DNA from: an uncultured Flavobacterium sp.
GTDB lineage: Bacteria; Bacteroidota; Bacteroidia; Flavobacteriales; Flavobacteriaceae
Assembly: GCA_913060575.1 (NCBI GenBank)
Contig: CAJXRR010000001.1
Location: forward strand, 1 to 55,128
Length of the DNA stretch: 55,128 nt
Direction of reading: 5' to 3'
Position 1 is the first letter of the stretch. Every line of letters begins with the position of its first letter. The position numbers and the translations under genes are program-made. This document shows positions 47,448 to 55,128 of this stretch, one piece after another. The notes under the pieces were generated by a model. The model had not been told where the DNA came from. It saw nothing but the letters and a program-made list of their open reading frames with translations, and ran no database searches.

Positions 47448-50057
47448 TTGGCAAAATCTACTACCAAAAAGGTAACTCCTTTAATGAAACAATACAATAC
47501 CATCAAGGAAAAATATCCTGATGCTATGTTGCTTTTTCGTGTGGGAGACTTTTATGAAACTTTTGGAGAAGATGCTAAAAAAGCTGCGGGTGTTCTTGGA
47601 ATTGTGCTAACAAAACGCGGTGCAGGAAGCGAAACAGAAACTGCCTTAGCGGGTTTCCCACATCACTCTTTAAACACCTATTTGCCAAAGCTGGTAAAAG
47701 CAGGAATGCGTGTTGCTATTTGTGATCAGTTGGAGAATCCAAAGATGACAAAAACCATCGTAAAACGGGGTGTAACAGAGTTGGTAACTCCTGGAGTTTC
47801 TTTAAATGATGAGGTCTTACAATCAAAATCTAATAATTTCTTAGCAGCTGTTCACTTTGGAAAACGCTTATTAGGTGTTTCTTTTTTAGATGTTTCTACC
47901 GGTGAGTATTTGTTAGCTCAAGGAAACGAAGAATACATCGATAAACTGTTACAAAACTTTAATCCTTCAGAAGTTTTAGTTCAAAAACAATACAAACAAA
48001 AGTTTAAAGAACTCTTTGAAGATCGTTTTTATACCTTCTTTTTAGATGATTGGGTTTTTCAAAAAGATTATGGTTTTGAAACCTTAAACAATCATTTTGG
48101 GGTGAATTCTCTCAAGGGTTTTGGTGTTGATGAATTGCCAGAAGGCATCATTGCTGCTGGTGCGGTTTTATATTATTTATCTGAAACGCAGCACAACAAA
48201 TTACAGCACATTCAAAACATTAGCAGAATTGCTGAAGATAAGTACGTTTGGATGGATCGTTTTACGGTTCGGAATTTAGAACTGTATCACTCAACTTCTG
48301 TAAACGCAGTAACATTGTTAGATGTTATTGATAAAACAATTTCTCCAATGGGAGGAAGGTTGTTAAAACGATGGCTGGCACTTCCATTAAAGAGTGCAGA
48401 TAAAATTCATTATCGACACGAATTGGTTAAATATTGTATTGAAAATGATGCGTTTTTAGAAACGATTCAATATCAATTACAGCAAATTAGTGATATTGAG
48501 CGATTGGTTTCTAAAGTTGCCACAGGGAAAGTTTCTCCACGTGAAACGGTCTTATTAAAGGATTCTTTAAAAGCTATTCTACCAATCAAAGAGAAAGCTT
48601 TAGCTAGTGAAAATGAATCCGTAAAAGAACTTGGAAATCAATTTTTAGATTGCTCTGAAGTGATTGCTAAAATTGACGAAATTCTATTTGATGAAGCTCC
48701 TGTGAATATTAATAAAGGTGGTGCAATTGCCAATGGAGTTTCTCAAGAACTGGACGATTTGCGAGCGATTTCTAGTTCTGGAAAAGAATATTTAGACAAT
48801 ATGCTGGCCAGAGAAAGCGAACGAACTGCAATTCCGAGTTTAAAAATTGCTTTTAATAATGTCTTTGGATATTATATTGAAGTACGAAATACTCATAAAG
48901 ACAAGGTTCCTGAAGAGTGGATTCGCAAGCAAACTTTGGTTAATGCCGAAAGATACATAACTGAAGAACTGAAAGAATACGAAACAAAAATTCTAGGAGC
49001 CGAAGAGAAAATTAAAGAATTAGAGCAAAACCTCTTCGCAAAATTGGTTCAAGATATCATTCAATTTGTACATCCTATTCAACAAAACGCACAAACGGTT
49101 GCTCAAATAGATTGTTTGTTGTCTTTTGCCACCTTAGCAATTTCTAATAATTATGTTCGTCCGTTGGTGGATGAAAGTACAGAAATTGAAATCAAAAACG
49201 GTCGTCATCCAGTAATTGAAAAACAATTACCTTTAGGTGAAGAATATATTGCAAATGATGTTGTATTGAATAGAAATCAACAACAAATCATTATGATTAC
49301 CGGACCTAATATGTCTGGTAAATCTGCCATTCTTCGTCAGACTGCTTTGATTGTTTTATTGGCGCAAATGGGAAGTTATGTTCCGGCTCAAAATGCTAGA
49401 ATTGGTGTAGTTGATAAAATCTTTACGCGAGTAGGAGCGAGTGATAATATTTCTATGGGCGAATCTACTTTTATGGTAGAAATGAATGAAACTGCATCTA
49501 TTTTGAATAATATTTCGGAAAGAAGTTTGGTCTTATTAGATGAAATTGGGCGTGGAACATCTACCTATGATGGTATTTCTATTGCCTGGGCGATTTCAGA
49601 ATATTTGCATGAACACCCTTCAAAAGCAAAAACCTTATTTGCAACCCATTATCATGAGTTGAATGAAATGACCACTACTTTTGAGCGTATTAAAAACTTT
49701 AATGTCTCGGTAAAAGAGTTAAAAGACAACATTATTTTCTTACGAAAGTTAGTTGCTGGTGGAAGCAATCATAGTTTCGGAATTCATGTGGCAAAATTAG
49801 CAGGAATGCCAAACCAGGTGATTCATAGAGCTTCTAAAATCTTGAAACAATTAGAGAAAAATCATACCAATGAAGAGGTAAAAGAAACCTTGAAAGAGCT
49901 ACAACATGATGACATGCAATTAAGTTTCTTTCAATTAGATGATCCTTTATTAGAGGATTTACGAGAAGAAATTTTAACAACCAATCTAGATACCCTAACG
50001 CCTATTGAAGCTTTAATGAAGTTGAATGAAATTAAGCGGATGTTGATGAAAAAATAA
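47448..50057 (+). CDS. mutS: DNA mismatch repair protein MutS
   Basis: [48 protein letters not shown]; TTG start. Confidence 0.98.
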   Translation: MAKSTTKKVTPLMKQYNTIKEKYPDAMLLFRVGDFYETFGEDAKKAAGVLGIVLTKRGAGSETETALAGFPHHSLNTYLPKLVKAGMRVAICDQLENPKMTKTIVKRGVTELVTPGVSLNDEVLQSKSNNFLAAVHFGKRLLGVSFLDVSTGEYLLAQGNEEYIDKLLQNFNPSEVLVQKQYKQKFKELFEDRFYTFFLDDWVFQKDYGFETLNNHFGVNSLKGFGVDELPEGIIAAGAVLYYLSETQHNKLQHIQNISRIAEDKYVWMDRFTVRNLELYHSTSVNAVTLLDVIDKTISPMGGRLLKRWLALPLKSADKIHYRHELVKYCIENDAFLETIQYQLQQISDIERLVSKVATGKVSPRETVLLKDSLKAILPIKEKALASENESVKELGNQFLDCSEVIAKIDEILFDEAPVNINKGGAIANGVSQELDDLRAISSSGKEYLDNMLARESERTAIPSLKIAFNNVFGYYIEVRNTHKDKVPEEWIRKQTLVNAERYITEELKEYETKILGAEEKIKELEQNLFAKLVQDIIQFVHPIQQNAQTVAQIDCLLSFATLAISNNYVRPLVDESTEIEIKNGRHPVIEKQLPLGEEYIANDVVLNRNQQQIIMITGPNMSGKSAILRQTALIVLLAQMGSYVPAQNARIGVVDKIFTRVGASDNISMGESTFMVEMNETASILNNISERSLVLLDEIGRGTSTYDGISIAWAISEYLHEHPSKAKTLFATHYHELNEMTTTFERIKNFNVSVKELKDNIIFLRKLVAGGSNHSFGIHVAKLAGMPNQVIHRASKILKQLEKNHTNEEVKETLKELQHDDMQLSFFQLDDPLLEDLREEILTTNLDTLTPIEALMKLNEIKRMLMKK

Positions 50058-50080
50058 AGACGGGGAGATCCGCCTTTATT
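50053..50080. terminator. Hairpin at mutS 3' end
   Basis: AATAAAGACGG...CCGCCTTTATT, one mismatch. Confidence 0.55.
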
Positions 50081-50202
50081 CTATTAATCATATTTCTGTA
50101 AATACTATTTTTTATTGCTTTTTACCAACAAACGCACTACATATATTAAGCAACAAGCTCCAATTATAAGAATCAGTAGTCCTTTTATTTCATTAATCAT
50201 AT

Positions 50203-50808
50203 TTATTGCTTTGTAAGAATAATTCCTTGATTAATTGGCAATACTTGATCTACTTCTTCGTCTTGCTCACATGATGGCCACGTACCACCACTAACAGATA
50301 ATGCTAGTTTTATTTTTGTAGAATCTGTAGGTGCTTCTTTAATTGTTACCCAACCACTTTGGCCGCATTTTAGATTATAGCCTGTATATGAAAGTGTATA
50401 ATCTTTTCTATCCGTAGATAAATAACGCCCTTTGATAATATAAGGACTTCCAACAGCAACATTGTAAGTACTTACAAGTTCTACTCCTGAATTATCAGAA
50501 ACTTTGAATCGAATCAATAATCTGTCCATAATGACTCTAGAATTCCCACTTCTACTACTCACTATGGTAAATTCATAGTTTTTTCCTTCATAAACACCTG
50601 TCCAGACGCCTACAAATTTGTCTAAATCTCCATGAATATCTTTTAAATATGCTCCTTGCGGTATTTCTAAGCGGTTTGCTTTGTAGCTTCGTAATTCATG
50701 TAACGGAATTACTGGGCCATCTGGTTCTTGTTCTTGTATTTGTGCCACACTTTTGCAAGAGAATAGTAATGCTAAACTAAATACAGCTATTAATATATGT
50801 TTCTTCAT
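50203..50808 (-). CDS. Lipoprotein, DUF6705-like
   Basis: Start MKKHIL; lipobox LFSC; YLKD...DLDKFVG.W motif; two further Cys. Confidence 0.72.
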   Translation of the reverse strand: MKKHILIAVFSLALLFSCKSVAQIQEQEPDGPVIPLHELRSYKANRLEIPQGAYLKDIHGDLDKFVGVWTGVYEGKNYEFTIVSSRSGNSRVIMDRLLIRFKVSDNSGVELVSTYNVAVGSPYIIKGRYLSTDRKDYTLSYTGYNLKCGQSGWVTIKEAPTDSTKIKLALSVSGGTWPSCEQDEEVDQVLPINQGIILTKQ

Positions 50809-51051
50809 TGTCTTTATACAGCTTTCACAAGTTTTGACGTTGGGCTGTAAGCCCATAAGATACAACTGAACAATTTTTTTGAGTAAAAATAAATAAGATC
50901 AAGTGGTTTGTCAATCCCCAGAATTGGTGAAATTTTTTTCTCCCTAAAAAGGGTTAGGTATATATACCTATTAAAATAAACTCTCTGATTTAAAAATAGC
51001 TCTATAATTAATCGGTTTTTTATATTCAATCTTTGTTATCTTTGCAGTCTT

Positions 51052-51333
51052 ATGTTGGGAACTTTTTTATTTATTGGTGGACCAGAGATTTTTATCATCA
51101 TCCTTATTGTGGTGATGTTTTTTGGTGCTGACAAAATTCCAGAGATTGCTCGTGGTTTAGGAAAAGGAATGCGTCAAGTAAAAGATGCAACCAACGACAT
51201 TAAAAGAGAGATTAATGATAGCGCTAAAAGCCAGGGAGTTGATACTGATTTAGCAAAAGACATCAAAAAAGAAATTAGCGATGTAAAAGAAGGTTTGGAT
51301 AAAATCACCGGCCCTATCAAAAGAAACATGTGA
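51052..51333 (+). CDS. tatA: Twin-arginine translocase TatA/TatB subunit
   Basis: GGPE.FII...FFGADKIPEIARGLGKG; TATCTTTG 7 nt upstream. Confidence 0.92.
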   Translation: MLGTFLFIGGPEIFIIILIVVMFFGADKIPEIARGLGKGMRQVKDATNDIKREINDSAKSQGVDTDLAKDIKKEISDVKEGLDKITGPIKRNM

Positions 51334-51343
51334 TATTTTTTAA

Positions 51344-51418
51344 TGTCATTCTGAAATTATTTACCAAAAAACTTATTATTTTATTTTAAACTAGATTCCT
51401 GCCTTTGCAGTAATAACA
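51344..51418. repeat. Degenerate inverted pair of REP-like palindromic elements
   Basis: TGTCATTCTGAAATTATTT (51344-51362) and TAGATTCCTGCCTTTGCAGTAATAACA (51392-51418) between convergent genes. Confidence 0.5.
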
Positions 51419-51445
51419 AGTTTAATCAATAGTAGTTTTTGAAAT

Positions 51446-52087
51446 TTATTTCACTCTACTAATCGTCAGTCCGTCTCGTATTGGCAACAAAACGGTTTCA
51501 ATTCTATCATCTGTATTCAGCAATGTATTGTATTCTAAAAGCGCTTTAGTGTCTTTGTCTTTTGGATCTAATTTTTCCACAATTTTTCCGCTCCATAAAA
51601 CATTATCAGACAGTATAATTCCGCCTGTATTCATCTTATCAATGATTAAATGAAAGTAGTTTGAGTAATTTGATTTATCAGCATCAATAAAAACTAAATC
51701 GAACTTCTTGTCAATCGTTGGAATGATTTCTAGAGCGTTACCAACATGTTGTTTTATTTGATTTCGAAATCCTGATTTTTGAAAATACTTACTTTGTAAA
51801 TCTTCTAATTCTTCGTTTTTATCAATGGTGTCAATGGTACCTTTTTCAGCCAAGCCTTCAGCAATACAAAGGGCAGAGTATCCTGTATAGGTTCCTATTT
51901 CTAGCACATTTTTAGGTTGAATCAATTTAGCAATCATTGATAAAACCCTTCCTTGAAAAGCGCCGCTTAACATTCTGGGATTTAAGATTTTTTGCCAAGT
52001 TTCTTTACTAAGTTCTTGTAGTAAATCGGGCTCTTTTTGAGAGTGATTAACTACATATTGATCAATGTTTTCAGGTAAAAAATTCAT
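51446..52087 (-). CDS. SAM-dependent O-methyltransferase (caffeoyl-CoA OMT/YrrM-like)
   Basis: LEIGTYTGYSA, FDLVFIDADK, DNVLWSG, LP.RDG. Confidence 0.93.
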   Translation of the reverse strand: MNFLPENIDQYVVNHSQKEPDLLQELSKETWQKILNPRMLSGAFQGRVLSMIAKLIQPKNVLEIGTYTGYSALCIAEGLAEKGTIDTIDKNEELEDLQSKYFQKSGFRNQIKQHVGNALEIIPTIDKKFDLVFIDADKSNYSNYFHLIIDKMNTGGIILSDNVLWSGKIVEKLDPKDKDTKALLEYNTLLNTDDRIETVLLPIRDGLTISRVK

Positions 52088-52097
52088 GCTACATCAT

Positions 52098-52130
52098 AAA
52101 AAAACGAAATTTAAAGTTCTAAATTTCGTT
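52098..52130 (-). terminator. Intrinsic terminator after ECF sigma/anti-sigma pair
   Basis: AACGAAATTTA..TAAATTTCGTT with T-tract on minus strand. Confidence 0.7.
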
Positions 52131-52150
52131 GTCACTATTTTAAAAACTCT

Positions 52151-52426
52151 TTATTGAGTGTTTAGTTTTTCTAATTCTTTTCTAAGCTTTTCTTTATCTT
52201 CTTGACTCATACAAAGAGAGCTAGATTTTACTTTATCAGATGCTCCTTTGGACTTATAAGCCTTTGTTAAAAGCATGTTCTGTTTTGTATACAGAGCACA
52301 AATTTTACATTTTAAAAAGTGAATCTGTATTTTTATTTTATCAAAAAACGATGCTTCTCCATATTGATTTTTATCACATATAGTGGTTGCTTCATCGCAT
52401 GTTATGTTTAGTTTTTTAAACATCAT
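52151..52426 (-). CDS. Putative soluble zinc-binding anti-sigma factor (zf-HC2-like)
   Basis: C.EAT...HFLKCKIC (HxxxCxxC); no TM; abuts ECF sigma. Confidence 0.8.
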   Translation of the reverse strand: MMFKKLNITCDEATTICDKNQYGEASFFDKIKIQIHFLKCKICALYTKQNMLLTKAYKSKGASDKVKSSSLCMSQEDKEKLRKELEKLNTQ

Positions 52427-53002
52427 CTAGTTGTTAAACCAATTTTCTTCTAAACACTTTCTCAGCTGTGTTCTTGCTCTGTGGATAATCACCCAAAGAT
52501 TTGACGACGTGATATCTAATTCCTTACAAATATCTTCTGTGTCTATTTCTTGAATGGTTTTCATTCTAAAAACCATTGCATGTTTTTCTGGAAGATGATC
52601 GATACAGGCATCTATTTGATTGTGAAGTTCTACGTTCTCTATTTGTTTTTCTGCTTCGTTATCCCATGATTGAGGAACCCTTTCTTCAATCCAATTTCCT
52701 TCATTTTCTCCATCACTGTAGAAATTCATTCTAACTTCAGCTTGCCCTTTTTTGGAATTAATTTTTCTGTAATGATCTATAATTTTCCTTTTGAGGATAG
52801 AAATTAACCATGTTCTTTCTGAAGCTTTTCCTTGAAAGTTTTTAGCTGATTTTAATCCTGCAAAAAAAGTTTCTTGAACCAAGTCTTTCGATATATCATA
52901 ATTATTAACCCTAACAATTGTATAATTAAATAGATAATCTGAGTACTTATCTATCCATTTGTTTGGATCTAATTTATGTTCGGTAAGGGTTGGCTCGCTC
53001 AT
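52427..53002 (-). CDS. ECF sigma-70 factor
   Basis: DLVQETF, TWLISILKRKIID, ICKELDIT.SNLWV..HRAR..LR.CLE; TATATTTG at 53024-53017. Confidence 0.93.
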   Translation of the reverse strand: MSEPTLTEHKLDPNKWIDKYSDYLFNYTIVRVNNYDISKDLVQETFFAGLKSAKNFQGKASERTWLISILKRKIIDHYRKINSKKGQAEVRMNFYSDGENEGNWIEERVPQSWDNEAEKQIENVELHNQIDACIDHLPEKHAMVFRMKTIQEIDTEDICKELDITSSNLWVIIHRARTQLRKCLEENWFNN

Positions 53003-53026
53003 CAATTTATAAAACTCAAATATACG

Positions 53027-53506
53027 TTATTTTTTAGCTTTTAAAGCGTTGCAGCCATCCCTTCTTCTCATGTCTACAAGGTATGTAATCTCCCATTTTC
53101 CATTGTTATTAAATAACTGAAAAGAGTTGGCTCCACAATGACTAAAGTTCCCATTTAAATAGAATTCATAAGGTGTCCAAACAGAAGCTAAATTTCCATC
53201 AATTTTTATATCATAAGAAAGTAGTTTTTCTAAATACACATTTTCTGGTTTCTTATTTGCGATTCCTGTCAACAGCTTTTTTACATCATCGGTTTTGAGT
53301 ATTTTTTTTCCTTCTTTGTTGTTGTTTGTCGTCTGTATTTTAATCTCTTTATGAAAGGTAGATTTCATAATCGTAGAATCTCCTTGATGCAATCCTTTAA
53401 AAAACGTTTCAATTACTTTTTTAATTTGTTTTGTTTCCTCTTCTTGTTGCGCTGTTATCGAGATTGTTGAAATAAGTAATAGTAATAAAATAAGGTTTCT
53501 TTTCAT
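53027..53506 (-). CDS. Secreted NTF2-like (SnoaL/lumazine-binding-like) protein
   Basis: Start MKRNLI; signal peptide; LASVWTPYEFY....SHCGANSFQL. Confidence 0.85.
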   Translation of the reverse strand: MKRNLILLLLLISTISITAQQEEETKQIKKVIETFFKGLHQGDSTIMKSTFHKEIKIQTTNNNKEGKKILKTDDVKKLLTGIANKKPENVYLEKLLSYDIKIDGNLASVWTPYEFYLNGNFSHCGANSFQLFNNNGKWEITYLVDMRRRDGCNALKAKK

Positions 53507-53640
53507 GATAGGTTGATTTGATGCTTTAAAACTATCATTTTTAAAACTACTTTTTAAGAATAACTGTGAAATTAACGCAAGATTAACTTGATTCATTTCT
53601 TTTGATATTTAGTACTTTTACCAAATCTTAAATTAAAATT

Positions 53641-54459
53641 ATGTCTGTAGCCAAAAAGCAATATAAGAGAATTACTACCAAGTCTTTGGTAGAAATGAAA
53701 GCTAACGGAGAAAAAATATCAATGCTAACCGCCTATGATTATACCATGGCAAAAATTGTTGATGGAGCAGGAATCGATGTAATTCTTGTGGGGGATTCAG
53801 CATCAAATGTGATGGCGGGTCATGAAACAACTTTGCCAATTACATTAAACGAAATGATTTATCATGCAAGTTCTGTAGTTAGAGCTGTTGAACGATCTTT
53901 AGTTGTGGTTGATTTGCCTTTTGGAAGCTATCAATCAGATCCTAAAGAAGCGCTTCGTTCTGCCATTAGAATTATGAAAGAAAGCGGTGGTCATTCTATA
54001 AAAGTTGAAGGAGGAAAAGAAATTAAAGAATCTATCAAAAGAATATTAAACGCCGGTATTCCTGTCATGGGGCATTTGGGTTTAACACCACAATCAATCT
54101 ATAAATTCGGAACATATACCGTAAGAGCTAAAGAAGAACAAGAGGCTGATCAATTATTAGAAGACGCTTTAATGTTAGAAAGATTAGGTTGTTTTGCGAT
54201 TGTTTTAGAAAAGGTTCCTGCTGCTTTAGCTGAAAAAGTAGCTAAATCAATTTCTATTCCTGTTATTGGAATTGGAGCTGGAGGCGGAGTTGACGGTCAG
54301 GTTTTAGTAACGCATGATATGTTGGGTATGACCCATGAATTTCATCCTCGTTTTTTACGTCGATATTTAGATTTGTATGAAGAAATGACTACGGCTTTTA
54401 AAAGCTATATTTCTGATGTAAAAAGTAAAGATTTTCCCAACGAAAAAGAACAATATTAA
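53641..54459 (+). CDS. panB: 3-methyl-2-oxobutanoate hydroxymethyltransferase
   Basis: [42 protein letters not shown]. Confidence 0.97.
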   Translation: MSVAKKQYKRITTKSLVEMKANGEKISMLTAYDYTMAKIVDGAGIDVILVGDSASNVMAGHETTLPITLNEMIYHASSVVRAVERSLVVVDLPFGSYQSDPKEALRSAIRIMKESGGHSIKVEGGKEIKESIKRILNAGIPVMGHLGLTPQSIYKFGTYTVRAKEEQEADQLLEDALMLERLGCFAIVLEKVPAALAEKVAKSISIPVIGIGAGGGVDGQVLVTHDMLGMTHEFHPRFLRRYLDLYEEMTTAFKSYISDVKSKDFPNEKEQY

Positions 54460-54463
54460 ATTT

Positions 54464-55082
54464 GTGAAAGTTCTTCATCTAGATACCAATCATCCTTTAT
54501 TAATTCAACAACTTTCTGCTGCGGGTTTTCAAAACCATGAAGATTATGTTTCTTCAAAATCAGAAATAGAAAAGAAAATTAACTTGTATGATGGCCTCAT
54601 CATTCGAAGTAGATTTTCTATAGACGCTTCTTTTTTAGACAAAGCAACCAACTTAAAGTTTATTGGTAGAGTTGGTGCGGGTTTAGAAAACATTGATTGT
54701 GATTATGCATTATCTAAAGGAATTGAATTAATTGCGGCTCCAGAAGGAAATAGAAATGCTGTGGGAGAACATGCTTTAGGAATGCTATTATCTCTTTTTA
54801 ACAAACTAAATAAAGCCGATCTAGAAGTAAGAAAAGGTTTGTGGTTGCGAGAAGAAAATAGAGGCTTAGAATTAGACGGAAAGACCGTTGGTTTAATTGG
54901 CTATGGTAATATGGGTAAAGCTTTTGCAAAAAAGCTTCGTGGTTTTGATGTTACTGTTTTGTGTTATGATATTAAACCAAATGTTGAAGATGAAAATGCC
55001 ACTCAAGTTTCACTGCAAGAAATACAAGAAAGGGCTAATGTTTTAAGTCTTCACACACCTCAAACATCTCAAACTGTTGGTA
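54464..55082 (+). CDS. D-isomer 2-hydroxyacid dehydrogenase (SerA-like), truncated at contig end
   Basis: GTG start MKVLHLD; IIRSR, RVGAGLENID, APEGN..AVGEH, GLIGYGNMG, SLHTP; not in ORF track. Confidence 0.9.
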
Positions 55083-55128
55083 CTGTCTCTTATACACATC
55101 TCCGAGCCCACGAGACCGTACTAGATCT
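55083..55128 (+). other. Illumina Nextera adapter read-through (artifact)
   Basis: CTGTCTCTTATACACATCT (Tn5 mosaic end), CCGAGCCCACGAGAC, index CGTACTAG, ATCT. Confidence 0.98.

Noticed and set aside
50814-51029. 71-aa ORF upstream of the DUF6705-like gene as a toxin remnant
   Set aside because: Non-ATG start, no recognisable motif, and it overlaps the tatA promoter region.
55083-55101. Tn5/IS50-like end suggesting a transposon insertion
   Set aside because: It is followed by Illumina adapter and index, and no transposase is present.
1-55128. tRNA, rRNA, riboswitches (TPP before thiL, FMN before ribF), defence systems, prophage
   Set aside because: No recognisable signatures by eye, and the thiL and ribF leaders are too short. 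A covariance-model scan would be needed to exclude small RNAs.

Overview
AT-rich chromosomal window from a Flavobacteriaceae genome, probably Polaribacter/Tenacibaculum-like. This is inferred from gene content, many TAnnTTTG/TTTG promoters, a T9SS C-terminal domain and the lack of Shine-Dalgarno motifs. It is mostly housekeeping: acpP (partial), purN, rnhA, sdhCAB, a DEAD-box helicase, pepP, brnQ, thiL, a split suf locus, ribF, serS, rsmA, mgtE, mutS, tatA, panB and a truncated 2-hydroxyacid dehydrogenase. I found no tRNA, rRNA, IS, prophage or CRISPR array. The last 46 nt are untrimmed Nextera adapter. The best candidate for an undescribed system is a tightly packed five-gene envelope operon (20952-27077). 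It encodes two His-rich choice-of-anchor B proteins with different anchors, a beta-propeller lipoprotein, an MbnP-like lipoprotein lacking the WxW motif, and an MbnH/MauG-like diheme enzyme. Other points of interest: a leaderless 33-codon uORF and a CxxC mini-protein ahead of a diverged RpoD paralog; a MomL-like AHL lactonase inside the suf operon; matching Fur-like boxes at suf and sdh in opposite positions; an unannotated 47-aa gene with a sigma-54 promoter converging on serS; and a TonB receptor-SGNH lipoprotein pair. Family assignments come from motif recognition, not database searches.
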